A stretch of 64,000 bases of DNA from a virus (Duplodnaviria; Caudoviricetes), in IMG/VR virus record IMGVR_UViG_3300011008_000040, positions 1 through 64,000 of that record; one strand, written 5' to 3'. Shown here piece after piece: positions 45,701 through 55,262 of the stretch (within the stretch, counting starts at the first letter, position 1; each line of letters opens with the position of its first letter). The translations under genes were made by a program, and so were the position numbers. The notes under the pieces were generated by a model. The model had not been told where the DNA came from and did not search any database. It was given only the letters and a program-made list of their open reading frames with translations.

Positions 45701-48005
45701 ATCGATATCCTTCAACAAGATTTTGAGCCAAAACACTTATTGCATCAGATGAACTTCCAGATAGAGCAGTTAGTTCAGGAGTCGGCAATTTCTCTTCATT
45801 AGCAATTGTAAGAGGAACATCGGAATATGCAATGATTATACCCCTTCCTCCGTCTCTACCAGGAGTTCCATATCGCCAAGTGTTGTAATTATAACCATCA
45901 AATGACGGTCTACCAAATGTGTCAGACTTTCTATGAACTAACTTGTTTGAAGCATTATAGTAATTCTCATTACAAAATGCTCCCGGACCAGTTCCGCCTT
46001 CTGCATTAGCGCCACACCCGGCATTTCCGCCATTACCTCTATCAGTTTCCTCTTCTGGAACAAGACCATACGTTGAATTAGGAAGCGACTCATTCAGAAC
46101 GAATTCCTCATAGTCTGCGGCATTTCTACTTGCTGTTTCATCAAGGTATGAAGTAACAGCTGGGGCTACAGCACTGCCTCCATTGACATATGCCATGCCT
46201 CCGCTTCCTCCACCTCCACCAGCTTTGAGGTCTACATTTGAATGTTTAAAGAAGAAATTGTATCCTTTAGCACCTTTTCCGCCATAGTATCTAACGCCAT
46301 TGTATACAACATCTTCGCCATCTTCGCCTTCTCCAGTATCTCCTCTTCCGCCTTCTCCTCCATCAATTCCTTCTTTGCCAGTTTTTCCGTATACATCATT
46401 AGTATATGGATTCATGACTCCGGACTTGCATCTGTATGCTTGAGAATCACCAGAAGAATATACTGTCTCGTCTGGGCAAGTAACAGAAGATTCTGTGTGG
46501 TTCAATCGATACCAATATCCAGTGTTGTCATACCCATTTGTGCCTGTTCCACGCATACCAATTGAACAATGATAAGCACCTGCAGTAGGATTATTAATAA
46601 CAACTTCTCTAATACTGCCACCTAGCCCAGGCTGACCAGCTTTTCCTGGTTCACCGGGAGATGAATCAATTGTAAGTTGCCCACCTTCCTCGCCTAAGCC
46701 GGGAGGAGGAGAACTCATTTCGCCTTTTAACCCACCTTGGCCGCCTGCTATAATAACAAAACGAAGTTTAGTGCAACCTTCAGGAACAATAATGTCACAA
46801 GGTTCAATTGCTTCAATATAATTAGTATAATTGTTGCCAAACCACTGCGACTCATAACCTGAAATAAATTCAGAAGTAGCTTTAACAAAAGAAGATGCAT
46901 AAGTAGTAACTTTACGCAAATATGCCGTTACTTGTTCTCCAAATGCATCCAGAAAAGTATACCGATGCCCAACTGCCTCATTCACTATTTTAATATCGCC
47001 GCTTACAATTTTTGCAGAACTGTAATAGGCCATAATCCGATTCGCAACATTCTCACTATTGAGAACATTTATAAGCGTAGCATCGCTGATTTTAACTGTG
47101 TACTCTTCGCCATCAGTCTCATTTATCCTGCTAATGGAGCTCATGTTGTCATAATAAGGTACGCCAACTACAGTTCCAATTCCACTAACTACTACAAAAT
47201 TAGGATGAGCAAGTTCGATAACCATACTATCCGTAGTTCTTAAACTTGGAACATAAATAGGGGCTTTATCAAATATAACTCTCTTATGGCTAACTGGAGT
47301 CGAGCTTGTATTATCAAATAGAGTTACTTCATCTTCACTTTCATCAAACTGATAACTATGCTCAACAACCAACACCTCTGTTGCAACTGCAGGATAGCCT
47401 ACTTTTCCGTCAATATAGATACGATCAGAATCAATTTCATCTGGCTCGTCTTCTGTTTTAAGGAAAGTAAAGCGCATATCCCCATCGGCATCTCTAAGAA
47501 TAGAAATGTTATGAGCAAACATTAGCTGATGAAGGTTGTCTCGTCTGGATTTAAAAGGCAAATATCCAAATACCTGTGTCACTGCGACATCTTCGTCAAT
47601 GCTGTATTCAACAATATTTCCAATTATCTCTTCCAGAACATCCGATACAGTTTGACCTGTGTAAACTCCGCCAATATGTGACGATTTTGCAAGAAGCCCT
47701 ATTGCTGACACACACTCAAGTTTAAATTCTATTTTGGTTACACGGGTAATCTCGTTAATAAAGAATTTATAAACAAGAGTTCCATTTTTAAAATACCAAA
47801 CAGGGGTTCCAAATGGCAGCGTTCTAAGGCCATCAACATCTACTCCCCTATAGTAAACATTAACAGAAAAAGTATCGATTGAAAGCTTATCACCTATAAT
47901 GTCTACATCCTGAATGGTACTAGGTTCTTTAATATCATTATTTACAAAATAAAAGCTGGGATTTGCTAAGTCACTAATATAGATTTCGTAACTAGGAACG
48001 GCCAT
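42777..48005 (-). CDS. Tail tip/hub protein with Gly-rich domain and multiple FN3 repeats
   Basis: N-terminal hub-like region, GGxGG-rich segment, repeated LxW..V..A..Y.LER...YxDxx...YxYRLxA FN3 motifs. Confidence 0.8.
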   Translation of the reverse strand: MAVPSYEIYISDLANPSFYFVNNDIKEPSTIQDVDIIGDKLSIDTFSVNVYYRGVDVDGLRTLPFGTPVWYFKNGTLVYKFFINEITRVTKIEFKLECVSAIGLLAKSSHIGGVYTGQTVSDVLEEIIGNIVEYSIDEDVAVTQVFGYLPFKSRRDNLHQLMFAHNISILRDADGDMRFTFLKTEDEPDEIDSDRIYIDGKVGYPAVATEVLVVEHSYQFDESEDEVTLFDNTSSTPVSHKRVIFDKAPIYVPSLRTTDSMVIELAHPNFVVVSGIGTVVGVPYYDNMSSISRINETDGEEYTVKISDATLINVLNSENVANRIMAYYSSAKIVSGDIKIVNEAVGHRYTFLDAFGEQVTAYLRKVTTYASSFVKATSEFISGYESQWFGNNYTNYIEAIEPCDIIVPEGCTKLRFVIIAGGQGGLKGEMSSPPPGLGEEGGQLTIDSSPGEPGKAGQPGLGGSIREVVINNPTAGAYHCSIGMRGTGTNGYDNTGYWYRLNHTESSVTCPDETVYSSGDSQAYRCKSGVMNPYTNDVYGKTGKEGIDGGEGGRGDTGEGEDGEDVVYNGVRYYGGKGAKGYNFFFKHSNVDLKAGGGGGSGGMAYVNGGSAVAPAVTSYLDETASRNAADYEEFVLNESLPNSTYGLVPEEETDRGNGGNAGCGANAEGGTGPGAFCNENYYNASNKLVHRKSDTFGRPSFDGYNYNTWRYGTPGRDGGRGIIIAYSDVPLTIANEEKLPTPELTALSGSSSDAISVLAQNLVEGYRYYIERKILSAGPAGSSTPGDDGGAAYLEFSNNKMLGIWEPRGYFDVPSGDDEYTFTDDGTQSAYPPKKNATYLYRIRTYGDEDHGESERSNEVVVGFGLDYYPVNPIKGAFPIYSGDAAKIYLLTDISKPVTAATAYENFEVRKPENPQWYSLVKSQASRMGALDSVSTASIGKEFDYRLFVSGPDKLSSQFSNVVSAIMPEVSNKLFAPFIYDPAPYVYGGYSYTILWFIYGDSRAETTYFEYRRHDRSWWSSFGFSALAGRTETTKYGTLHNAKLTSSRTTYDFRAYNTAENYETSDSHIIVYEEPETALKWFETADFVVENGSVIFTWSEVDHAASYKILRKLEAEPQSSYVTVYNSSALTFTDTSAVAGETYIYLMFPVAETGYYDGPPGGFLVLIENGNAGGRCEPPVLTSTYIYDPLAFIELNWEAVPHAEGYMLERKKGDGLYDILEASLSPETTSYIDMTTEYLSEYSYRLTALGNNANYGDSELSNAVTVIAMNGDIITLAPPVFELSVADRFAGSVQISWSFVSGAQSYYIERKVSYDAGADWTRIQVSSATRQYVDTGTTYGVTYDYRMKAIGNEINVFSSDYSEITVFEVPDPYAGLIWLNPVSITLAQVTDVNTVTASWGTNSNAIGYKLERKLASDTVWSTIYSGPATSYSDANLTWGAEYDYQITALGDYVTFRDSVPMDDSIEIEQPVAQQLATPVMSGVETTVSGSKAVELTWDLVANASSYKLERKLSTDSEYTVVSDQLSSMAVSYTNVGLIGGRTYQYRLKAIGDGIYYTDSAYSNVVEVEIAWTTHLDVFIDGVGQYPYSVNTTNEQYLNIMGSGTQVPFSGGFVSETNAGVWGQKWNSVISTQLVYYGGFKVNTQIDLTNYSIIQIKAKKPTSAEAHYPNVGSGNGMLYLYARETVGYTTGDAKLLSLTTDYAIYELDVSNFTGNYTIGVESVVTNPSAATEIWIEDLILYG

Positions 48006-48009
48006 CGCA

Positions 48010-48402
48010 TCACGTCCTTTGCGGCTGCATTGGGACGAACTTTATGTCCATCTCATCCCAGCGTTTATAATCTGCATAAAAACCCTTATAGACATCAGTC
48101 CCGCTCAATATCTTCGCATCAAATGTCATTGTCGTCTGACCAAATGGCATTGTGATAGTATGATAATCAACAGGCTCTGAAATCTTATAATAAAATGAAT
48201 CGTAATCAGTAGGATACTCCGGATCTGCTTTGACTTTCATAGAATATTCATAGGTTGTACCTATAATATCTCTAATAGAACGTCCTGAAATAGCTGTTCC
48301 GGAGTTTCTACCTTCCATAAGTTCAAACGAGCGTTTCAGTGTGTCATACTCCACCAGAACGCGATAAGTAATTGAATCAACCGTAATTCTGGTTGCGATC
48401 AT
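48010..48402 (-). CDS. Distal tail (Dit-like) protein
   Basis: Position after TMP; GRSIRDIIG, HTITMP. Confidence 0.65.
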   Translation of the reverse strand: MIATRITVDSITYRVLVEYDTLKRSFELMEGRNSGTAISGRSIRDIIGTTYEYSMKVKADPEYPTDYDSFYYKISEPVDYHTITMPFGQTTMTFDAKILSGTDVYKGFYADYKRWDEMDIKFVPMQPQRT

Positions 48403-48411
48403 AAACTCACC

Positions 48412-51400
48412 TCACGCATTAATTAAACTTTCACCTAATCTGTTACCTTCTACAACAATAGCAGGCTGAAGAACAGCCGCCAGCTGAGCAAGAGAACCAT
48501 TAAAGGTCATATTAACATTTACTGGCCGTTCATTGTTCACATCTGACATCGATGCCAGAGAAGTCGGGTCAATCGTTGCCACAAGTCCTTGACTTGCTTT
48601 ATCAACTTCTGCCTGCTGCATAGCACCATACCCATAAGAAATATCGCCAACTGCACCAAGAGCATACTTGTTAGCTGAAAGGAAGTCAGTAATCTGTCGT
48701 GAACCTTCCTCAACATTACTAAGGTCAAGTACAGGCGTAATAGTTGGGTTGGTTTCGAGATCTGCAGTTAAAGCCTCGGCAATTCTTGTCATAGCATTTG
48801 ACGCTGTATCAATTGCCATTCCAGCCATTTCTTCAGTTGACTTGACAACAGATCTAGTCTCAGATTCAATGCCAATAGCCATACCCAATGCCATATACTC
48901 ACCTATCCGCATAAATACACGCGAAGGTGAACGAACAGAAAGGGCGTTACTTACTATATTCGTTGCTGTTGTTGCAATTGTATATGCTGCCGAATAAACA
49001 GATGCTGCTCCACTCCAAAGACCATTTGCCATACCAATAGACATATTATAGCCTATTGTATTAAACCAACCAGTTGGAGCATTAGCGCCGTTATACGCAT
49101 TAGCGCCAAGATTATACCCTGCATTATAAGCTGATCCTTGACCAGCCATAATGCCTCTAACAAAGTTATTAGCTATGTTAATGCCGGCATTACTTGCTGA
49201 CATTGCCGCATTGTTGAGGGAAACGGTAAGATTATTTACCATAGTAATGCCTGCAGCGCTTACCATTCCCATACTATTTTGAATTCCATTGGCAAGATTC
49301 ATTGACATCTCATTACCAAGATTCAACATAGCCGCTTTCAATGACACTCCAAGAGTAGCAATCTGTCCAGCTACCTGAGAAAGGTTAGAAAGTGCCTGAG
49401 CATAACTAGCAATATTTGAAGCATCTCCTGTGAACTTATTCTTATTAAGTTCTTTTACGCCTTTAGCTACCTCAACCAAACCTGTTCCAATACTGATAAG
49501 AGGTATCGACGCAAGAGTACCAATGCTTCTTCCAAAATTCTCAATTCCAGTTCCAATAGCAGTAATGCTATCGCCAACACCAGACAAACTTGCAGAAATA
49601 GCATCAACACCAAGACTAATCTTCTCAAGACCGCCCTGTATACTTACACTTAAACCGTCAAATGCTACGCCTATCATAGCAGCAAGAGCATCAATTCCGG
49701 CTCCGATTGTTACCGCTCCAGCTGCAATAGCTGCTGAAACAGCCTGAATCGCCACGCCAATACCTTCACCAAGAAAATGTATACTGGCTCCAATTGCTTC
49801 ATTAGCCGATGCAATTCCTTGACCAATAGCTGCAATTCCAAGAGCGATACCTGCTCCAATACTTGCTATGACAGCTGTTATTCCAGCTGCAACTGCTGCT
49901 AAAGCAACCCCTATACCTAATCCGATTGCTCCTATTGCTGTTCCGACAGATACTCCAAATCCAGCAATAACTGCTTCGATGCCTAAACCTAAAGCCGTAA
50001 TTGCTACAGCAGCAACTGCTAGACCTGCAGCAAGAGCTACTACAGCAACAGCAGCAAGGGCTAATGCACCAGCTCCTGCTAAAATTGTAGGGCCTAATGC
50101 GCCAAGAACCATTAATGCAGCTACTACAATACCTAATGTGGCTGCCAGTACTACAAGCCCTGCTATGCATTCAAATCCTTGCTTAGAAATAAGAATAAAT
50201 GCTTCTAATGCTGCTGCCATAAGCAACAACGACGCAGAAACTATTGCGATTGCAGCTGCAGCTGCAAGAACAGATGGGCCAACGGCTCCTAAGACAACCA
50301 ATGCTGCTGTCACAACCGCTAATGCGCCAACTAAACGCAATAGTCCGTCAGCAGCGGCGTCCTGTTTAGCTATTAGTGTAAAAGCTTCTAATGCTACAGC
50401 TAATACCAATAGCGATGCTGCCATAACGCCCATTGCCACAGCCGCAGCAAGTAGTGCAACAGGGTTTACTAGCTTTGCCAACAATGCAAGCGAACCACCT
50501 GCAAGAAGGATCGAAATAGCCATAGTGCTAAGAGCATTGGCTGTACCTTCCATATTACTTACTAGTGTAAATAATGCTAATGCACCGGCAAGAACAATAA
50601 GCGCGGCCGCAAATATCAAAATAGCTGCAGAAGTAGCAATAAGAGTCGCCGGATTGACCTTCAATGCTTGAATCGCTTTAGAAAAGCCAATTAGCATTCC
50701 TCCAACGCTAGCAAGTGCTCCCGTCATAATTCCAAGAGCAGTTGCCAACTTTTCAGGTTTGATTGCTGAAAGAACTACCAATGAAGCCGTCACAAGTGCT
50801 AAGCCTGCTCCAAGCATCAAAAGACTTCTTGAAACTGATTCGATTGTCTTTGTAATTGTGCTACCACCCTGAGGAAATAGCATTCCAAGAAGTCCGCCTG
50901 AGTCACCGAATAGAGATCCTCCAAGCAAGCCCTTCTCTTTAAAACCAGAAACAAATTCACTAACAGCTTTCAGAACTTCACCGATATTGTTGCCAAGATT
51001 CGGAATCACTTTTGCAAGCTTCAGAGCCTGAACACCAATATACCCAGCGGCTACTTTTAAAGCATCTCCAAATGAGAAGTTGCTGAGCATCTTCCTCAAA
51101 GTGGCTATAATATTGCTGAATAGTTTAGCAATTCCTTCAAATACATTTGTAACGCCATTTAGGTCAAGAGCATTCTTAATGCCTGTCCATAACCCTGAAA
51201 AGAACTGCTTAACTGGTTCTAGTACCCCTTTAAGGTTGCCAATTTTGCCAATGAAATTAGAAATCGCATTAGTAATTTTCTGAAATGGAGTAACACCATC
51301 ATCTGTTGTCTTAAAGAAATCAGCAATAACTGTGCCGACACCCTTAAGGCGATCGCCAATTGCTTTAAGGCCTTCGCCAGGCTGCCATTGCTCAAACTTA

Positions 51401-53172
51401 AGTCTGAGCTCCTCTATTTTACCAGCAAAGAAATTAATAGCCTCAGCTGCAGTGGCTGAAACGTTGCCAAATAACTCTGTTAAATGGACTGTTTCAAGGA
51501 AATCGCCTACTCGATTAAAACCAGAAGTAAATAATTCTATTACATTTTTACCAAAACGCCCAACTGCGTTCACTGCTGGACTAAGCGAACTAAGAAAATC
51601 TTTAACTATTCGACCAACATTTTGAAGAACACGTCCGACACTCTTCCCTAAACCAAACACAGTGTCTAAAACAGTTTTAAGTTTTTCACCTGCTGGAGTT
51701 AGTTCTTTACTATCACCAACATAAAGTCTAAACGCTTCTGTAAACTCTTTAAACCTCTGAGTAATATTTAAAAGAGTTCCGGCATTAAGTTCGCCAAAAA
51801 AGTTAGCCCATCTATCTTTAACTAAATCTAATAACTGCTTAATATTTGTAAGAGAATTAATAATACCATCAGCTAATTTCTGTTGACCGCCATAATCAGC
51901 CCATATCTTAAGCAATGAATTTCTTGCTTCTGTCCCATGTGTAAAAATGTCGTATAGACCTTCAGCAACACCAGACCACAAAGTCTTAGCCTGATCATAC
52001 TTACCAAACAGAAGTTCGAAAGTCTTCATCCAGCCAGAACTAACAGCATCCTTAGTTGCATCTATAGCATCTCTGAACGTTCTTGCTTCCTGAGCAGCTT
52101 TGTAAGTTTCAAGACTAAATTTGTATTCATCACTTGCCAATTTCTCAATTGACTGGGACAAATACTCAGATAGTTCAGCATTGCCTTTAAGCTCTTCTTC
52201 ACTAATATCAAGAGCTTCGGCCATTTCTTTTGTAGTAAGCTTACCTTCCTTTTGAAGGTCGACAAGCTCGACCATGTCTTTAGCCCAAAGACCAGTTTGA
52301 TCATGAATCTGTGAAATGAGTTCGGCAGCCTTACCATACTCAGTAAGAACGCCTTTTTCACCAACCAATGTCTGAGTGTCAAGCCAACCTTCGGCAAGCG
52401 TTTCTCTAAAATTAGAGACTGTAACAGCAGTGTTCTTTCCGGTCGTTACAATCTGATCCCCTACTTTTTTTAATGTGCCAGATGCAAGACCAGCCTGAAT
52501 AGCCATCTCTTTGAACTCTTTGGTTCCCATATTAGCCAACTCAACTGATTTCCAGTCTTGAAGCTTAAGAGAACCCATGCCAATAGCCTGAGCAAGATTG
52601 TACATTACTCGGCTAGCTGTTCCAGCATTTTGACCTGATCTAGCAGCCCAAGTAGCGATACCCTCCATTGCGCCCATGGCATTTTCCAATGGCACATCAT
52701 TTGCTGTGAATTTACCAATGTTATTAGCCATATCGGTAAAGTTATAGCTAGTTTCATCAGTAAAGTAGAGCAGTTTCTCCATTTGGCCAGAAACTGCTTC
52801 GACATCAAGACCTGTTGCAGCCATAATAGTTGCAACATTTGATGTCATTTCACCGTACTTTTCCCAACCTGCACTAATCTGGTCAATTGAGAGACTTTTT
52901 ACAAGTTTTTCACCAAGATCAACTGCCTGAGCGCCTATCCGCATCAAAGCACCCATAGCAATTGCTTCAAATGCAGAAAACTTCTCTCCGGCAGTAGCCA
53001 CGGCATCACTTACGGCACCAAAATTAATCTTAGACCCAACGTCCTCAAACTTGGAAAAATTTAAGGCCTGTTTTAATTTATCTAAAGTTCCAATACTTGT
53101 CTGAACATTCTTTTCAAACTGCTGGTTGTCGAACCGCATTTCTACAGTCCGGCTATCAATTACAGTACTCAT
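48412..53172 (-). CDS. Tape measure protein
   Basis: About 1590 aa, Ala/Gly-rich hydrophobic repeats; DSRTVEMRFDNQQFE start (reset to MSTVI). Confidence 0.9.
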   Translation of the reverse strand: MSTVIDSRTVEMRFDNQQFEKNVQTSIGTLDKLKQALNFSKFEDVGSKINFGAVSDAVATAGEKFSAFEAIAMGALMRIGAQAVDLGEKLVKSLSIDQISAGWEKYGEMTSNVATIMAATGLDVEAVSGQMEKLLYFTDETSYNFTDMANNIGKFTANDVPLENAMGAMEGIATWAARSGQNAGTASRVMYNLAQAIGMGSLKLQDWKSVELANMGTKEFKEMAIQAGLASGTLKKVGDQIVTTGKNTAVTVSNFRETLAEGWLDTQTLVGEKGVLTEYGKAAELISQIHDQTGLWAKDMVELVDLQKEGKLTTKEMAEALDISEEELKGNAELSEYLSQSIEKLASDEYKFSLETYKAAQEARTFRDAIDATKDAVSSGWMKTFELLFGKYDQAKTLWSGVAEGLYDIFTHGTEARNSLLKIWADYGGQQKLADGIINSLTNIKQLLDLVKDRWANFFGELNAGTLLNITQRFKEFTEAFRLYVGDSKELTPAGEKLKTVLDTVFGLGKSVGRVLQNVGRIVKDFLSSLSPAVNAVGRFGKNVIELFTSGFNRVGDFLETVHLTELFGNVSATAAEAINFFAGKIEELRLKFEQWQPGEGLKAIGDRLKGVGTVIADFFKTTDDGVTPFQKITNAISNFIGKIGNLKGVLEPVKQFFSGLWTGIKNALDLNGVTNVFEGIAKLFSNIIATLRKMLSNFSFGDALKVAAGYIGVQALKLAKVIPNLGNNIGEVLKAVSEFVSGFKEKGLLGGSLFGDSGGLLGMLFPQGGSTITKTIESVSRSLLMLGAGLALVTASLVVLSAIKPEKLATALGIMTGALASVGGMLIGFSKAIQALKVNPATLIATSAAILIFAAALIVLAGALALFTLVSNMEGTANALSTMAISILLAGGSLALLAKLVNPVALLAAAVAMGVMAASLLVLAVALEAFTLIAKQDAAADGLLRLVGALAVVTAALVVLGAVGPSVLAAAAAIAIVSASLLLMAAALEAFILISKQGFECIAGLVVLAATLGIVVAALMVLGALGPTILAGAGALALAAVAVVALAAGLAVAAVAITALGLGIEAVIAGFGVSVGTAIGAIGLGIGVALAAVAAGITAVIASIGAGIALGIAAIGQGIASANEAIGASIHFLGEGIGVAIQAVSAAIAAGAVTIGAGIDALAAMIGVAFDGLSVSIQGGLEKISLGVDAISASLSGVGDSITAIGTGIENFGRSIGTLASIPLISIGTGLVEVAKGVKELNKNKFTGDASNIASYAQALSNLSQVAGQIATLGVSLKAAMLNLGNEMSMNLANGIQNSMGMVSAAGITMVNNLTVSLNNAAMSASNAGINIANNFVRGIMAGQGSAYNAGYNLGANAYNGANAPTGWFNTIGYNMSIGMANGLWSGAASVYSAAYTIATTATNIVSNALSVRSPSRVFMRIGEYMALGMAIGIESETRSVVKSTEEMAGMAIDTASNAMTRIAEALTADLETNPTITPVLDLSNVEEGSRQITDFLSANKYALGAVGDISYGYGAMQQAEVDKASQGLVATIDPTSLASMSDVNNERPVNVNMTFNGSLAQLAAVLQPAIVVEGNRLGESLINA

Positions 53173-53555
53173 ATCGTCGTAATCTCCTTCCAAGCAGTTT
53201 CTGCAATTTGATCAAACAATGGTTGCATTGCAGGATTTATATAATCTCGACCTCTAACATAACCACCATTTCTAGTCCCATGACCATATTGAAGAATGAT
53301 AGCTATATTGACGCCCTTGTTTTCATTTGTGTTGTACCATTCAATAGAGGCAGAATCCTTAGATCGAACAATTCGATACTCCCAAGATTCAGCCGTCTTT
53401 CCAGATTGTCTTGGAGTTGCTGCAGCAAGAGCAGCGACACCCTGCCGCCCATATTTGTCTAATTCTCCAAGTTTTACTACATTCAGGAGCTTTTCAAAAT
53501 ATTTGTTTGTTCTTGAAAAATCTCCTTTTTGATGAAATGTAATCACGGTGCTCAC
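53169..53555 (-). CDS. Tail/neck completion protein (HK97 gp10-like)
   Basis: ATPRQSGKTAESW, ILQYGHGT..GGYV.GRDYINPA. Confidence 0.7.
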   Translation of the reverse strand: MSTVITFHQKGDFSRTNKYFEKLLNVVKLGELDKYGRQGVAALAAATPRQSGKTAESWEYRIVRSKDSASIEWYNTNENKGVNIAIILQYGHGTRNGGYVRGRDYINPAMQPLFDQIAETAWKEITTI

Positions 53556-54104
53556 TTATCCTTTGGAATTATGCGCTTTCCGTCTTGATGCATTAAGTGC
53601 TGCATTCCTATTCATTATCTCACGCTTGCTCATCTTCTTAGGCGGAGTATTCTTAATACTGCACACCTTAATAAGCGTCAGTAGACGGTTAAGATGCCAC
53701 TTTTCGAACTCAACAGGAACGTTGTATGCGATCATCCAGTAATAAATTAACTCGCTTGTTATGATTTCAGTACTTGGCTTTGCCTTCTGCAATTCATTAA
53801 AAGTAGTAGCTGTCATTGGATCATCTATGTATGCTTGAATCTTATCGCAATTAGCTTGCGTTAGATTGTAATATACATTCGGATCTACATTCTGGGTGAT
53901 CGTCATGCAACGAATGTAATCAATAATCTCTTCCTGTGACTTAGGATTCTTCTTTGAAGACAAAAATGGCTTGTGCCACCTTGACTCCCATTTTGAAAGA
54001 GATAAAAGGGAATGCTCTAACTGCAACTTTTGCTCTTTTGTATAAACAAATTCGCTTGTAGCTTCATTAAACTTTTCAGTTCCCGGAACCACTATAGTAA
54101 GCAT
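53556..54104 (-). CDS. Tail assembly chaperone 2
   Basis: LEHSLLSLSKWES, ITSELIYYWM, WHLNRLLTLI. Confidence 0.7.
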   Translation of the reverse strand: MLTIVVPGTEKFNEATSEFVYTKEQKLQLEHSLLSLSKWESRWHKPFLSSKKNPKSQEEIIDYIRCMTITQNVDPNVYYNLTQANCDKIQAYIDDPMTATTFNELQKAKPSTEIITSELIYYWMIAYNVPVEFEKWHLNRLLTLIKVCSIKNTPPKKMSKREIMNRNAALNASRRKAHNSKG

Positions 54105-54128
54105 TCCCTTTACCTCACCTATATAGAT

Positions 54129-54524
54129 TTACTGAACTAATGTTTTTACGTTAGTAGCTTCCTGAACTTCACTTGGAAGGATACCTTTAATAAATGCAGC
54201 TGCCTTATCTGCATCTGTAACAAGTTCCATATACAGCTGATCATACGCAAGGGTCTGCTCAAATGCTTCAGAAATCTCCTCAGACTTAATAAAACGCCTT
54301 CCATCCGGGCTTTTCTGACCATATGCAATGTGCAGAATCTTAGCAAACATGTCCATTATTGCATTGCCATCTTTGGTATTAATAATGGTTCTAAGCATCT
54401 GCTCAAGACCGCCAGGAACAGAAGTCTGAAGTTTCATTAGCTCAGACTGTGTCAAATTAAAGTAAAAATCTTCTTCCAGTTCATTATCGTTGAAATCACG
54501 ATATTTAATTGTCTTCTTTAACAT
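54129..54524 (-). CDS. Tail assembly chaperone 1
   Basis: MLKKTIKYRDFN...FYFNLT...AYGQKS.DGRRFIKS. Confidence 0.7.
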   Translation of the reverse strand: MLKKTIKYRDFNDNELEEDFYFNLTQSELMKLQTSVPGGLEQMLRTIINTKDGNAIMDMFAKILHIAYGQKSPDGRRFIKSEEISEAFEQTLAYDQLYMELVTDADKAAAFIKGILPSEVQEATNVKTLVQ

Positions 54525-54549
54525 CCTTATTCTCCTTTTTAAATTAAAA

Positions 54550-54581
54550 GGAGGTCCAATCGTCTCTCAGAAAGGACCTCC
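54550..54581 (-). terminator. Intrinsic terminator after major tail genes
   Basis: ggaggtcc/ggacctcc stem with U-tract on - strand. Confidence 0.7.
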
Positions 54582-54590
54582 AATTGTTAA

Positions 54591-55241
54591 TTAAGTAAGC
54601 GCAGCTTTGATCGCGTTCGGAAGAGGAAGGGTAGCCGGATTACTTGCATCACCATAAAGTGTATCCAGAAGAGCTTCGAGTTTCGTCGAATTGCACTTCG
54701 TAGAATCGATAATAACGCAAGCAGTCGGCTTGAAACCAGTCACATCTACCGGAGTTGTTGTGATCTCCCAAGAGAATGTAATCGCCTCAGGAGAATCGTT
54801 AATGGTCTGATAAGACTTCTCAGAAGGAGATGCTTTGCAGCCATAAAGAATATGAATCTTATAGCCATAGTCCTCAGCAGCTACATCATTACCAAGAGCA
54901 GTTCTGTAGCAGAAACCAAAAGACTTTCTAGCCTGCTGTCCAATGTTCATGCCAGCAACCGGAGTTGCAGAACCATCACACTGAGCAAACTCATCAGGAT
55001 AGGTATAAGCTTCAATTGTTGCGCCGAATTCCTCGACAGAATACAGATTAAGGTACTTAATATCATCAGCATAGATAGCAGTTGCTTCAGCACCAGAAGG
55101 ACTCTCTGTTACAGAAGTAAGACCGTTCCATGCTACACCATTGGCATAAGTACCGTTGGCATTCTGAACATAGAGAACACCATTACGTATACCGGTTTCA
55201 TAAAAATGCTCACCGGTTTTATCCCATTGCAGTCTAGCCAT
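54591..55241 (-). CDS. Major tail protein paralog 2
   Basis: MARLQWD..GE..YETG..GVAWNGL.SVTESPSGAE. Confidence 0.88.
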   Translation of the reverse strand: MARLQWDKTGEHFYETGIRNGVLYVQNANGTYANGVAWNGLTSVTESPSGAEATAIYADDIKYLNLYSVEEFGATIEAYTYPDEFAQCDGSATPVAGMNIGQQARKSFGFCYRTALGNDVAAEDYGYKIHILYGCKASPSEKSYQTINDSPEAITFSWEITTTPVDVTGFKPTACVIIDSTKCNSTKLEALLDTLYGDASNPATLPLPNAIKAALT

Positions 55242-55262
55242 TTGTATTTCTCCTTACTTCAA

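Noticed and set aside
38718-48005. Diversity-generating retroelement
   Set aside because: No reverse transcriptase ORF and no adenine-variant TR/VR repeat pair seen
49868-50671. 267-aa Ala/Thr/Pro-rich + strand ORF
   Set aside because: Antisense of the Ala-rich tape measure repeats
53985-53997. 13/15 match to the late motif
   Set aside because: Lies inside the conserved SLSKWES coding motif, so probably coincidental
54104-54135. Programmed frameshift between tail chaperones
   Set aside because: The second gene has its own strong RBS (gaggtgagg) and ATG after the first stop; no slippery heptamer seen
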